64,000 bases of DNA from Zootoca vivipara (lineage: Eukaryota): positions 51,708,001 through 51,772,000 of the forward strand of contig NC_083280.1 of NCBI RefSeq assembly GCF_963506605.1, read 5' to 3'. The notes below the pieces were generated by a model. It did no database searches and had not been told where the DNA came from. It was given only the letters and a program-made list of their open reading frames with translations. Both the position numbers and the translations under genes were made by a program. Of this stretch, positions 36,783 through 50,668 are shown one piece after another; the stretch's first letter is position 1; each line of letters begins with the position of its first letter.

Positions 36783-38741
36783 TCTGCATTTTGCAGGGCA
36801 CCAAGTTGTATGGGGAGAAGAGCCTTCACGCATACATGCTCCACATCTGAAAGAGCAGACGAATGCATGAAAGCCAGGAGTGGGTCATGATCCCAAGGAC
36901 CTCAATCCCTCAACATATTTGCTGGTCCACTGAAAGGGATTATGGCAACTGATAGTATAAATAATTCTTGCCAATGGCCAATATCTTATGAGACAAATAA
37001 GTTATACATTTGACTCTGAAATAGAAGTTTTCAAAGTAGTGATTCTGTGGATGTAAGACCTTTCCAGAGATAAGAAAAGCTAAGTTTGTGTTAATCAAAA
37101 GACACAATTTGAGGTCAGACATTAGAAATAACCGCTTCTATCAGACTGTTCTACCAGACTGTCAAAATGGAAATTCTCCAGCAGTCACAGCACTCATAAT
37201 GTCTTCAAAGATACTAGTGAATCCATCTGGACACAATTATAGCCCTTTCTGCCATTTGTTCCGTCCAGATCATTTGGCTCCTATGCATCAACAAATGCCT
37301 GTGTAATGGTCCTAATAAAATGTGGACTGCTAATGAGACACAGTACCAATATTGGTATAAATATGAGCTGGAGTAAAGCTACAAACAGCACAAATTAGGT
37401 TTTCCTAATGCACCTTTCACATTGTTTCATGGTCCAGGTTAGCTTCTTATTATATCACGTTTATATATCCTATGGTTAAATGGGTGCAAGGGTGGCAGTT
37501 GTGTGTTAAACAGTCAATTAAACACAGAAGAACCAGCCAAGACAGAGCAATGCATGTGGTGGTGGTTGCCTCATGATATTTTTTTGGGGGGTGGGGAGGT
37601 GGAATCTAAGCCATATATGCAGACATGACTTTTGTGGCATGACTACTGCTATGCTGTTTTGGTATTAGAACGGAAAGGTGAAGATTAATCTTGTTGCCCA
37701 CCTACAGTTACAAAAGAAATTAAACTCCAAGAAGAGTTAGGCTGTAATTAGGCAGGCAGCCTTCTTGCAAAACTTTGGGAATATGTCAAAGGTTTTCTTA
37801 TTCCAGCAGACATTTTAAGGAGTGTTTGGCTTTATGATGACTTTTTAGTGTTTTATTCTCTGTATGGTTTATTTTTATGACCATTATTTAGAAATGCTAA
37901 TGATTAAGCAGTATATAAATGACCTAAATGAATAAAACACCAGATTCTATACACATCTGGGAATAAACCCCAATGAAAACAATGGGACATACTTCTAAGT
38001 ACGTATGCATGGGATTTTGCTATTACATATTTTAATTGTGGGCTTTGTAATCAGCCTCTTTGGCTTGGAGTCATTTTATGTACACCACACACAACCAGAA
38101 CACTTATTCATAAAGATCCATATATACAACAGATCTACCAATAATGAAATAATAGATCTGTGTTAGATTTTTTTAAAAAAATTACCTATAAAAATGGTAG
38201 AGATGGACACCTCAAAACCACAAGTTGTTTCCTGGTTTTCTTTAATCAACATAAGGCAAAAATTTACATTGAGGAGGAAACCATCCATACCTTGTGTATC
38301 ATAATTACTGTTTAGCAATCTCGCACTAAGAAAAAATTATTAAAACTTCATGACTCATTAATAGTAAGTGATCACAATCACTTAATAGAAGAGGAAAGTG
38401 AGCTAATGATAGAAACTCTGATTAATGATTTTAACCTCAAGACACGAAGTCAAGTGAAATTAATAGCTCTGGATAGTGAATGTAAGGTTAATGTCTCATG
38501 CAGACTGCCTCTCGGTGGAGGCAACTGAGAAACAGACAAGGACTGGGTTGCACAGACAGATTTTTCATGTGTACTAGGCAGCATCTTTTACTACCAGCAT
38601 TTTTCTAAACCAAGTTGAAAGGTTTTGTGCAAGCACAATAGCTAATCAGAGGGGAGGGGCAGGGGAATACATAATTAAAATGCAACAATACCTTCAAACT
38701 CTTGAAATATTTTCAGAGTGAGGCATATTAGGGACATAAAG

Positions 38742-38930
38742 AAGCTGTCTTCTACTAAATCAGACTACTGAGCCATCTAGCTCAATATTACTTACACTGA
38801 CAGGCAGCAGCTCTCCAGGGTTCCAGGAAGAACCCTTTCTCCGCCTTGCTTGGAGATGCCAGGGATTGAACCTGGGACCTTCTGCACATAAAGCATGTGC
38901 TCTGCCCAGCAGCGCATGGGACAGTGGGGC
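38742..38930 (-). mobile_element. tRNA-derived squamate SINE
   Basis: ggagatgccagggattgaacctgggaccttctgcac… is the reverse complement of the family at 14619-14790; another decayed copy lies at about 39895-40100. Confidence 0.75.
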
Positions 38931-41900
38931 TGAGTCTGGCTGAGTCACTGCAGCATACTGGGACAGAAGGAGGGAGAGGCATGTCAAAGTCAGTGCAATG
39001 TTAATGTGCTGGCTGCCTCTATTGGCGCGTTTGTACCATACTGACCTCACTGCTGCTGTGCCCCTCCCCTTCTTCATCCTAATATGCTGCAGCAAGCAAC
39101 TGGATAGAGGTCAGGTGTGGAACACAGCCCTTGCATGACATCCACTGTTGACTCTCCTACCTTGGTGCATCCTGCACAGTTAGAGAGGAACACTGTGTGT
39201 GGATCATTATGGGATGAGATAGTTGCCTTTGATAGAGGATATTCCTAGCATTCAAGTGAGGAGGCAACCTTTCCATAGCCTGGTACCATATCACATACAG
39301 TAGCAGTTCCATAAACTGACAGGACAACTGTTTCAGATGCTGTGTGCATACCTCAAAGGGCATCACTTACAGTTTAACATCTGGATATGGCTAATGCATT
39401 GGGGCTGTACCAACTGGTGGTATTTAAAACTCAGGACAAAGATAAAGTCAGAAGATTTAACCCTGCATTTAAAGAAAATATCTTACACATAAAACCTGGT
39501 ATATCACGTGGTACTGGGCCAGAACTCTTTTCCCATTGTTTGGATAAGAACTTTTTTATAAATACAGGAAACGGCCTTATTTCAGGCCATACTACAAGAT
39601 CATCCAGCTCCATAGTATTTGCTTCAGATAGGAGGAATCTCAGGGCCAGGGTTCAAATATAGTTCAGGCTGCTCTATTTCATCAGTTCTACTTCACAACA
39701 TGAGGTGTTTTTTTTTTTTTGCCTGACTGAACTGTGTCCTTGGACTCTGATAATGCCTCTTGCTTGCCTGGGTGGAAGATACAGAGGGGTGTGTGAGTAT
39801 GTGCAGAAAATACCCTGCTGTATAAAGATAGCATTTACATTTGTTGCTCTGCCACTTTTTGCTTCTGCCCTCCCCCTATGGGCATGTGGCCCTAGGAAAG
39901 TTGCCTAGAACGGAATGTGGCCCTTGCCTGGAAAATGTTCCCCACCTTAGGTTTACTCTAACTAGCAGCCACTGTCCAGGGTCTCAAGCAGAGATCTTTC
40001 CTGTGACCTTATCTCTAATCGTTTTAAACTAGAGACACCAAGGCTTGAACACAGGATATTCTGGAGGCAAAGCAGGTGTTCTGTCACAGAGCTGTTGTTG
40101 CTCCCCCTCCCTCCCTTTTGAAATAAGCATTCAACACTGGAATCTTCACCTGTAGTATGTGCTTTCCCTGACCCTGAATGTAAGAATCATGCAGCATAAG
40201 AGTTACCATAATTGGTAAAGGAGGATATAAGGAATTTAGGCTTTATTGCTAGCTCGTGTCAGCTTCAACATTCCATTTACCCCTTTGCTAGCTTTATTCT
40301 ATACAAACTATTAAAGTATCGTATTAAGAGTCTAGACTGTGAATAGGATGTGCTCCCCCTTTTTAAGTCAAAAGTGTAATAATGTCTAAATAAATAAATC
40401 AAGTGAAATTTGAATCTATAAAAAGTTTGTTTTAATGTTCAAATTCAAGAGGTTGTGCTTGCTTTGACTATTGTAGGAAAACAGCAAAGAATCTCACAGC
40501 ATTGTTAAAGAGTATCTGTTCTTCTTTTATTTAAACTTTTATCAGTTTATTATTATTTTGAAAGCTTAGAAACTGGAAATTTAAACAACATCTGTCAACC
40601 AGTACCAGACAGCTTCTGCTCTCTGCATTTATGGGTTGTGCTGCATGTCAGAGGAGTCCAAATGTTCAGTTCAAACTTTTAAGATTTTGTCATACTGTGA
40701 TGGGATATGTTTTATTGTATCAGTCCTGTTCATAAAGTAAATAGAGCTTTGCCATGTTTCAAAGTGATTGACCCCAAATAACATGCTGATGCTGTGTAAG
40801 ATTTTCCATCGGAGGCAGAGCAGTTTGTCATGCCATGTGTATGACATGCAGCATTCACATTTCCAGCATTGTGTTGCTACAGGCCTAGTTGCCACAATAA
40901 TGAGCAAAACCAGTATCTTACATAAAGTTCTCTCATTCTCATCCATGGCTATAGATAACAGGTACAGCCCATGGCCTGCCTGCCTGCCTCTCTCTCTCTC
41001 TCTCGATCTCCATTTCTCAAAAGTACTCTCTTCCCAAAAGTCTTCACTTTCACACATGCCTACCAAAGATGTACATAGTACCTCTAGCTGCACCCTCTTC
41101 AGCATCAACGAGACCCTTGCCCACCATGTGCACTGTTGCAGTAATTTAAGGAAATTTTCTCTGACTTGTGCAGAGACAAACCTGAAAGGTTTCCAATCCT
41201 AGATTCTATTCCACACTGCATTGTCGTTCTCTACACCCACATCTTTCTCCCAGACTTAAAAAACCCTTAGTAGTACTGATGGCGGTATTAAGTAGGTTAT
41301 CACACGACTTAGATATGATAACCAAACAAATGTCCTGCACTCTCCAAACCAATGTCTCCTGTGCTGTCAAGGGCAGAGTAACTTACATCTTAATAGTGAG
41401 CTTGGAACCACCCTACTCCTTCTCCTCATGTTTTCTCAGAAAGGTGCTCTTCAAAAGCATCATTGATGTTTATGATCAGCTTTCCAACAAAAGCGTGCAC
41501 ACTATTATTTGATTTACGTATCTCTCAATCAGGGCCAAGAACCCAGTTGTAAATTATTCATTGAGCAAATTTCACAGAACTTTGGCTTTTGCCATATATA
41601 GCAAAGTTCAGTTCACTGAGTTCCACAGGGCTTGCTCTGAAGTAAGTGTGCATAATATCAGGCTGATTCAAGTTTCAATTTCACAAAAATTGTGGCTCCT
41701 GTTTTTGCTGAGCTCCTGGGTCATGCAGTTCACTGCAGGATGCTATAATTTAATGGTTCGGGCAGGCAGCTTCATTAAAAATTAAGCAAAATCCTTATTG
41801 TTGTGAAGCAACTCCAATGAAACCAGTGAGATGTTTAGCAAATTTCTAATGCGTTTTTACTGCATTCAGTGGGGCTTACTCCCCAGTAAGTATACAGCAA

Positions 41901-43940
41901 AATCCTACTTGTGTCTACTCAAAAGTGTATCCCATTGAGATTCACTCCCAGGTAAAAGTGTGTATAGGATTGCTGTGCTAGTCCCAACTTTTATTGGACA
42001 GCTCCTTAAAGCAGTGTTAGAGAGCCCGTTGTTTCTTTCAGTATAAAAGGCTGGAACTTCTTAAAAGTTTTGAGTCTCGAAGGGTCATCTCCCTCTATAT
42101 CCCACTGTTTCCATAGCTTTGTGTTGAAAAATTGCATCCCCTCTTGTTTCTGTCCTGTGGATTTTGATAGCAAGAAAGAAACTATGAGCAGATGGCTAGT
42201 GTGCCATTCTGTTCACATAACCATTTCCATCTGACAGCCATTGCTCATTCTCTATATGAGGGACGCCCTATCCAGTTGCACAGTGCCAGTTGCTGTGTGC
42301 GCTGCTTTAAAGGGCCACCCGTCTATTGCTTGGTCTGCCAGGTTGCAGTCAGAAGTTGGATGCAATGTTCCTTAACTGCCGCTTCCCAGCCTCTTTCCAG
42401 ACAGTCAAAGCATTTGTAATTATTCTGTAATGCAACTGTTGACCCCCCACAAAAAGATGATGTTTACTTATTTCTTTTTAATTTAAAAAGAACTATAATT
42501 TATTTGGTATTCCACCCCACTCTCCTTTTCAGCTATGTATATTTTTGCGCATAGTGTGAGAGGATTATACCAACAGATAAAGGGGAAAAAAATGCTTCCA
42601 AAGTCACAAGTTCAAAGAATGGACTCCAAGTCTAAATCAGCGTCAAAGGGAAACAATGGATAGTAGTGTTTGTTCCTTAACAGCAATGTACCTGACAGAA
42701 TGATTGAGGAGGCCAGACCCACCGTAAACTTCAGGAAGGGTAGAGGAGGAGGATACAGAAATCTCTAGGACAATGTACTTATCATTTATAAAAGCTATCA
42801 AAATGAATATTTGTTACGAGGATAGCCTTCAAATAGAAACTAAGGTGGGCAATTTGTCATTCAAATCAGAGTTGAGCAGAAGATCTCGTTTTATAAAACC
42901 CACTCACAGTGTATATTAATATTCTAGCTATCAAATGCTATAATTTATTCGATCTCTCCCAACCCCCATATAATCCCTGTAATATTCTAATAGACTATAA
43001 AATTATTTAATCCAAACTTTGCATTCTATTTCCTGTCTGCTGCAGTTCTTAACTACTTGCGATATACAAAAATAACACAAACTCCAACAAATTCATGGGT
43101 AACAGGGGCATTCAGACAGCTTTTCCCAGCATGAGCAGGATTAATCACAGTTAATCATTTTCAATACTGCACAATGAGAGAGATAGCTTCATAGAAATCA
43201 CTTTAAGCAAAACCAGGGCACCCTCAAGTCTTCAAGTGAATCTCTGTAGCCATTTTGGCCTTGTGATTGGATTTATGGCTTTATTCTTACCTAAAAGCAA
43301 TGTAGTATGTGTGGTAAAGAGAAGACCGTATAGGACAAAGGTCACTAGATTAAAGTACTGTACCAGCACCAGTTCCCGAAACCCATTCAAGTCCCTTGCT
43401 TCACAGAAATTCTGCCCATCAGTGTGAAATGATTTTGGGAATTTAGGGAACAGATTAGAGCTTCATGCCATTTAGAAAAATGGTAACATTCCTATAAATT
43501 CTTATCACAATAAGTAGCTTACTAGCTTCTGTTCAGCCCTCACACACCAACAAAATAGTAACTTCAATGGAAAGCAACAAAGTTAGTTGGCTGAGAAATG
43601 AGGCATCATTACCTTTTATTAGCCTGTATATGACTCTAGAAGAAGTACAACATTTTTGCAATTAGCTTTGATATGAGGGTAATATTAAAACCATAGAAAC
43701 TCCATGATTTTTCTTTTGGTTTCATACCTGGAACTTTAACTTCATTGGTGGGAATAAATCTGCTTTTAAATATTGCCATTGTTCACATGGATGAATTAGG
43801 GAAAATGCTAAAACAACCTTCAGCTTCATGCCCACAGAATGGGAGTACACTGGACTGGCTTGGCTGCTTGGCTTCCCCAAAAGAATCCTGGGAACTGTAG
43901 TTTGTTGAGGGTACTGAGAGTTGTTAGGAGACCACAACTA

Positions 43941-44455
43941 TAATAATAATAATATTAATAATACTAATAATAATAATTACATAATTGGCTGGGTTTCCCC
44001 AGCCACTCTGGGCGGCTTCCAACAGAGGAATAAAATAATCGATTAAAGATTAAAAGCCTCCTCCCTAAACAGGGCTGCCTTCAGACGTCTTCTAAAAATC
44101 TGGTAGCTGTTTTTCTCTTTGACATCTGATGGGAGGGCGTTCCACAGGGCGGGCGCCACTACCGAGAAGGCCCTCTGCCTGGTTCCCTGCAACTTGGCTT
44201 CTCGCAACGAGGGAACCACCAGAAGGCCCCCGGTGCTGGATCTCAGTGTCCAGGCAGAACGATGAGGGTCGAGACGCTCCTTCAGGTATACTGGACCAAG
44301 GCCATTTAGGGCTTTAAAGGTCAGCACCAACACTTTGAATTGTGCTTGGAAACATACTGGGAGCCAATGTAGATCTTTCAAGACCGGTGTTATGTGGTCT
44401 CGGTGGCCGCTCCCAGTCACCAGTCTAGCTGCCGCATTCTGGATTAGTTGTAGTT
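43941..44455 (-). mobile_element. L2-clade LINE 3' fragment (ORF2 C-terminus, 3' UTR, (TTA)n tail) inserted into a short MITE
   Basis: ORF LQLIQNAAARLVTG…DHITPVLKDLHWLPV…RAFSVVAPALWNALP is a typical L2 ORF2 end; flanks 43870-43935 and 44458-44536 rejoin to match the repeat at 63360-63510. Confidence 0.9.
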
Positions 44456-45664
44456 GTACTCCCTTCAAAGAGCTACAATTCTCAGAGTTCCCTGGGAAGG
44501 ATTGGTGGTTAAACCACTCTGGAAATTGTAGCTCTCACACTTGGAAGGAAACACGACCTTAGAGGGGAAATGGCTTCTCTAACAAACAGAATCTACCAGA
44601 TCAGCTCTGCTATCTGTTCTGGAAGTCCATCCCCCCTCAAGGCGAAATAAAAGTTTGGCTATGTGGGCTGTTTTGTTTCCTCTGCTTTTCTACCAGTATT
44701 TGTAGGTGCTGAAGACACAGTATTATGATTATAAGGGAGATCTTGCCCATCATAAAGAAGGTTGATTAGACTGGCACTCTGGTGATTATAAGAAATCCAA
44801 TCATACTTAAATACACAATACCAATTCTCACCAAGTCATAGAAAATCCCAACTATGAGATTAGGACACATCAACAGAGGGAGCGAATATGAAAGTATTAA
44901 AGAAAGGCAAGACTGGGTAAAAAAAATAATCTCATTCTGACTGGCCTCAAACTTGGCTGCTGTATCTAGTCAGTAATTAACTCCTAGTGGCTGCATGACA
45001 AAATTCTGCTGTTGGCACCTGATGGAGGAAAAGAGACAGAAGTTGCAGCTGCTGTAGTGAAATGGTCAGAGAAACCTTTAGGGAGGAAAACCTTGGCGGA
45101 ACAGGAGCAGTGCTTAGAACAGGCAGAACTGAATAAGAAGGATAAAAGAGGCGGCTTTTAAGAAAGTCCAGATGCTCAAGGCCTATTCCAAGAGAAACAA
45201 ATGAAACAAAGTGGAGAAATGTGGATTGAATTTCTTGCTAAACCTCAAGATTCCTAACTAATAAAGCAGGGGCATGAATTAAATATCTGATTGCCTAATA
45301 GCTACCTTTGCTTGTAAGTTCTAAAGTACGAGCTAGCCAAAGAGTAAAAAAGTGAGCTGTAAAAGTATAGGATTGTATCTGAGTCCTACTTTGAGTAGAC
45401 CCATTGAATAGGCTTAAGTTAATCATGTCCATTAGCTTCAGTAGGTTTACTCTGTGTAGCGTTTGATACAACTCATCAAATTTTAAGTTACTGCATCAGG
45501 TCCCTTTCTACCTAAAGATGCTCATTCACAGTGAAGATGCACAAACAAATGACTCTTCTGTTCAACCAACTGTTGACAACCACTGAAAATATCTGAGAGT
45601 GGATAGTGCAGATGATGTCTTAATGTGACTTAATGAGGTGATAAATATATTTAGAAAATATATT

Positions 45665-46064
45665 TCATAGAACCATAAAATCATAGAGTTGGAAGAGACC
45701 ACAGGGGCCATCCAGTTCAACCCCCTGCCAAGCAGGAAACACCATCAAAGCATTCTTGACATATGCCTGTCAAGCCTCTGCTTAAAGACCTCCAAGGAAG
45801 GAGACTCCACCACACTCCTTGGGAGCAAATTCCACTGCCGAACAGCTCTTACTGTCAGGAAGTTCTTCCTAATGTTTAGGTGGAATCTTCTTTCTTGTCG
45901 TTTGAATCCATTGCTCCATGTCTGCTTCTCTGGAGCAGCAGAAAACAACCTTTCTCCCTCCTCTATATGACATCCTTTTATATATTTGAACATGGCTATC
46001 ATATCACCCTTTAATCTTCTCTTCTCCAGGCTAAACATACCCAGCTCCTTAAGCCGTTCCTCAT
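45665..46064 (-). mobile_element. CR1 LINE 3' fragment (ORF2 C-terminus)
   Basis: YEERLKELGMFSLEKRRLKGDMIAMFKYIKG…RKNFLTVRAVRQWNLLPRSVVESPSLEVFKQRLD, a classic CR1 ORF2 end, plus tail. Confidence 0.95.
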
Positions 46065-47515
46065 ATTTGAAAGCTATAAGATCACTCTCTCCACCCAGCA
46101 CCCATTTTGATCTATTTGACCTACCACATTTACTGCCTTTACCCCATTATCTTATTCTTATATGTTAACAATGCACATGCTATTCACCCCATATCTAAGT
46201 TACTTAGAAGCAGAGTATAGGGCATGGTAAGCCTTGTGCGATTCCTATCAAAAGCCAACTCACACATATATACCCAAATACTATTATAGGTCAGTGAATG
46301 AAAATATGTAGGAGACCTATGAGTACAGGGTGTTGGTGGAGAGAAAAATGGAAAGGAACAGAGTATACTATACAAACATTGGACAAATGTCTTCAGAAGT
46401 ACGGGTTAATTGTTTAATGAAAGAGATGAATATAATTCACAAATAATCAATGTGGTGCCCTCCAGATGTTGTGGACAATTACCACCACCACCCTGATCAC
46501 TGGCCATGCTAGCTGGGGGTGATGACAGTTGTAGTTCAAAATGCCAGAAGGGCACTACACAGGCTTTTGATCAGAGAGCCTTTAAATTAAGATGTTGATG
46601 GACTTGATCAAATTTCTGTTCCATAAAAAGAAAAAGAATGTGGAGAAGGTGGGGGGGGGAGGGAATGCCAAGCTGACTTTTGAGAGGGAAAATGCAACAA
46701 GAAGGAACAAAAGTAAAATGACCTTCCAAAGTCAGAGAGACTCTGAATGGCCGCTAATTGAAATGTCATAGGAGGAAGTGAGCTGGTAAGCGAAAGCAAA
46801 TATTTAAAAGATGAGAAACCCTTCACAGTCAACTGGATTAATTTTCTGCCAAGTTCATCACAAGCAAATCTATTTGAGGTGATGTTGTGGAAAGTGGTGG
46901 GTTAGCATACATTGTCTGGAATCTGAGGAATGCATAATGCAGGAGGGCAGATAATGACTGCTGGGATCTCTTGGCCCCCAGGTATATGAAGAGCTGGCTA
47001 GTTAAAGGTTGTTTGCCATAATATTTTATTCAGAGCATTTAGAAGTAAATAAGTAAGAGCTGGAAAGACAGAGCAATTTTCAGGAGAAAAATGAGCATGT
47101 TGAGTTTTCCAGCAAACCTGAACTGTTTGCATTCAGTCAGCAATTAGAGGGAAATGCCAAGCCATAATATTGGAGCCATTTAAGTAGGAATTAGTAAGGT
47201 GCTCTGATCCAGCTATCTGATGCTGGAGCTTCAACATCTATTATAGTAGAGGGAGTCAACCCCCATGTGCACTGCTTTGCACAGATGGATCAATTTCCTC
47301 CTTTGACATAACTGGCGACCTCCCTCTATATATGTGCAAGCATGCCTGGTACTCTAAACTGGTGCAAAGAAGGACAGTTTTACTGACTCACTCTTGACTA
47401 TTAATTTTAAGAGGAAATGTATCCCAGAGTATCAAGTTTGTTAGCAATATTTTTGGGGGTCCAGGGTGGGGGTGCGTTACAGACCCACCTGCTCGTCTTC
47501 TAACTAGCTAACCAA

Positions 47516-47955
47516 CATAGCTGCCAAGTACCCTGTTTTCCCTGGGAAAGCCCCGTTTTTACTTACCCTTTCCCGGCGGTCCCCCATATCACTTCATCTC
47601 CCGTTTTTCCCCGTTATTTTCTCCTGCCGGCAGCTATTTTTTCCCTTCTGATTCGCCCTTCTATGGGCACCAAAGATGGCCGCCGCCGGCTTCGAAAGTC
47701 ATGTCTACGCATGTCTGGAAGTGTGTAGACGCGACTTCCGGTATCAGTGGCGGCTATTTTTGGTGCCCATAGATGGGCAGAGCGACACCGGAAGTTGCGT
47801 CTACGCATTTCCGGACATGCGTAGACGCGACTTTTGAACCCGCCGGTGGCCATTTTTGGTGCCCATAGAAGGGCAAAGTGACACCGGAAGTTGTAACTTC
47901 CGGTGTCACGCAGCTGCCGGTCCAGGATTCTGCAGTCCGGGACTTGGAAAGTAAG
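47516..47955. mobile_element. hAT-type MITE, CATAGCTGCCAAGT family, CpG-rich
   Basis: Left TIR catagctgccaagt, decayed right TIR acttggaaagtaag, TSD (g)ctaaccaa on both sides; internal palindromic repeats. Confidence 0.85.
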
Positions 47956-49425
47956 GCTAACCAAGCAAGCTATTCATACTCCTCCATTATGACTCTTATT
48001 CCCCTCACAAAACCTTTCACCACACACTAGTTGAGGGTGGACACTGGTGCTATTCTGACTTTTCGCTCATCCACCAACTATGAACAACTTCTTACAAAAT
48101 CAATTTTCTTTATCATGTTCCATTCATCTTTCCTTTCTCAAATCCTTATCCTGAATTGTGGTTGTTGAATTCAATATTCAAGTTTGGGAAAATAGCTTCT
48201 CATAGGATTCGAATTGTTCCCAAGCATCATCCTGGCCTCATTTGAGAAACATTAATTAGGGGAAAGAAAAATCACAATTTGCAAGGCATAAGATGGAATT
48301 CATTTGTAAATTGGATGCTGGTTCTCCTTTTCTTCTCACAGCTTGTGTAGTTTTCTATACATTTCTCTAATACTTCACGATCTTGGAGCAGGTTCATGGA
48401 GCGTGCCTTAAATTGTTAATTTGTTTCCCAAAATGATGGCCCTCATAAACTTTAATGTTTTACAGAACTTATGTAATTATAAATACCTGCTTGGAGCTGC
48501 AGCGCCCAGAAAGCATCACAAAATGCATGTTTTTATCCAATTATGCATCTGTACTTATTTCCCTTGTTTAGAATGTCTGAAGCACCTCTTGCAGCTAAAT
48601 ATATGAATTATAGTGCAATCCTGCCTGCTTTTGTCTACTTAGAAGTAAGTCCCGTTGAGTTCAATGATAAGTGGGCAGGGGTCCCTAGCCTTATTGGAGC
48701 AAGCAGTGCATTTGCAAAACTGAGAAACTATCATGCAGAAATGCTGATGGGTATACTGAGGCTGCATACATACTATACAATTAAAGCCCCAGTCCCGGGA
48801 CCTGTAATTTACCCTTCACAGAGCTACAATTCCCAGGACCCTTAACAAACTACACTTCCTATCATTCATTGGGAGAAGAGGAAATGTGCTTTAAATGTAC
48901 AGTGTGTATGCAGTTTAAAATAACAGTACTTTCTTACAATGAAAGTTAAAACAAAACATTTAAAATGGTTTTGGCTTCCCTGTCCTTAATATCAGCTTAG
49001 ACCAATACAGGTCGTCATCACCATGCAAAGGTGCTTGCATTCTTTAACTGCACCATGCATTTTCTATAGCTAACAGACATGCACAGTGAGAACTTATGAA
49101 CACAAAATCAAATGTTATTTTGTTTGCTGGGCACTCAATACATGCAATTAGAGTAGATGGAAGCAGGCAAAAAAATAAAAAAGGAACAATTTGCTTACTT
49201 CAGTGCTGCAGATAATGACTATGTTGACAAGGTCACCTTGCTATATTGACATTGTCCATGCTGTAGTCAACTAATAATAATAAAAAAACTCTGCATTTAT
49301 CCAGAGATGTGGGGAAATAAATTTCAGTCAATGTCTAGGCCATTTATTTAGAATAAGTAATTCACTGTATTGTCTTGTAGAATTTACAATACAGTGAATT
49401 ACTTATTCTAAATAAATGGCCTAGA

Positions 49426-50668
49426 AAATTCTACAAGGCAGGCTTAGGCAGTATGTGGACCGAGAACTCCCAGAAGTGCAAGCTGGATTTCGAAAGGGCA
49501 GAGGAACCAGAGACCAAATAGCAAACATGCGCTGGATTATGGAGAAAGCTAGAGAGTTCCAGAAAAACGTCTACTTCTGCTTCATTGACTATGCAAAAGC
49601 CTTTGACTGTGTCGACCACAGCAAACTATGGCAAGTTCTTAAAGAAATGGGAGTGCCTGATCACCTCATCTGTCTCCTGAGAAATCTCTATGTGGGACAA
49701 GAAGCTACAGTTAGAACTGGATATGGAACAACTGATTGGTTCAAAATTGGGAAAGGAGTACGACAAGGTTGTATATTGTCTCCCTGCTTATTTAACTTAT
49801 ATGCAGAATTCATCATGCGAAAGGCTGGACTAGATGAATCCCAAGCCGGAATTAAGATTGCCGGAAGAAATATCAACAACCTCAGATATGCAGATGACAC
49901 AACCTTGATGGCAGAAAGCGAGGAGGAATTAAAGAACCTTTTAATGAGGGTGAAAGAGGAGAGCGCAAAATATGGTCTGAAGCTCAACATCAAAAAAACC
50001 AAGATCATGGCCACCGGTCCCATCACCTCCTGGCAAATAGAAGGGGAAGAAATGGAGGCAGTGAGAGATTTTACTTTCTTGGGCTCCTTGATCACTGCAG
50101 ATGGTGACAGCAGTCACGAAATTAAAAGACGCCTGCTTCTTGGGAGAAAAGCAATGACAAACCTAGACAGCATCTTAAAAAGCAGAGACATCACCTTGCC
50201 GACAAAGGTCCGTATAGTTAAAGCTATGGTTTTCCCAGTAGTGATGTATGGAAGTGAGAGCTGGACCATCAAGAAGGCTGATCGCCGAAGAATTGATGCT
50301 TTTGAATTATGGTGCTGGAGGAGACTCTTGAGAGTCCCATGGACTGCTAGAAGATCAAACCTATCCATTCTTAAGGAAATCAGCCCTGAGTGCTCCCTGG
50401 AAGGACAGATCGTGAAGCTGAGGCTCCAATACTTTGGCCACCTCATGAGAAGAGAAGAATCCTTGGAAAAGACCCTGATGTTGGGAAAGATGGAGGGCAC
50501 TAGGAGAAGGGGACGACAGAGGACAAGATGGTTGGACAGTGTTCTCGAAGCTACGAACATGAGTTTGACCAAACTGCGGGAGGCAGTGGAAGACAGGAGT
50601 GCCTGGCGTGCTATGGTCCATGGGGTCACGAAGAGTCGGACACGACTAAACGACTAAACAACAACAAA
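49426..50668 (+). mobile_element. BovB (RTE-clade) LINE, 5'-truncated and young
   Basis: Uninterrupted RT ORF, (CAA)n tail, 14-bp TSD aattcactgtattg (49359-49372, 50669-50682). Confidence 0.97.
49455..50657 (+). CDS. BovB reverse transcriptase, C-terminal 400 aa (no endonuclease domain)
   Basis: QAGFRKGRGTRDQI, FIDYAKAFDCV, GVRQGCILSPCLFN, LRYADD motifs; C-terminus VHGVTKSRTRLND typical of BovB. Confidence 0.95.
   Translation: MDRELPEVQAGFRKGRGTRDQIANMRWIMEKAREFQKNVYFCFIDYAKAFDCVDHSKLWQVLKEMGVPDHLICLLRNLYVGQEATVRTGYGTTDWFKIGKGVRQGCILSPCLFNLYAEFIMRKAGLDESQAGIKIAGRNINNLRYADDTTLMAESEEELKNLLMRVKEESAKYGLKLNIKKTKIMATGPITSWQIEGEEMEAVRDFTFLGSLITADGDSSHEIKRRLLLGRKAMTNLDSILKSRDITLPTKVRIVKAMVFPVVMYGSESWTIKKADRRRIDAFELWCWRRLLRVPWTARRSNLSILKEISPECSLEGQIVKLRLQYFGHLMRREESLEKTLMLGKMEGTRRRGRQRTRWLDSVLEATNMSLTKLREAVEDRSAWRAMVHGVTKSRTRLND

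Noticed and set aside
39431-39613. Minus ORF MELDDLVVWPEIRPF… with strong Kozak context and a possible donor
   Set aside because: No phase-compatible downstream exon found nearby and no recognisable homology.
40671-41202. Overlapping 144/145-aa ORFs on both strands
   Set aside because: Contain a (CT)n tract, no motifs and no convincing splice context.
47690-47900. Repeated palindromic units superficially like a CRISPR array
   Set aside because: Eukaryotic DNA; units are degenerate internal repeats of a TIR/TSD-bounded MITE with homologous rather than unique spacers.
49688-50629. Minus-strand ORFs of 135, 171 and 86 aa
   Set aside because: Antisense shadows of the BovB RT ORF.
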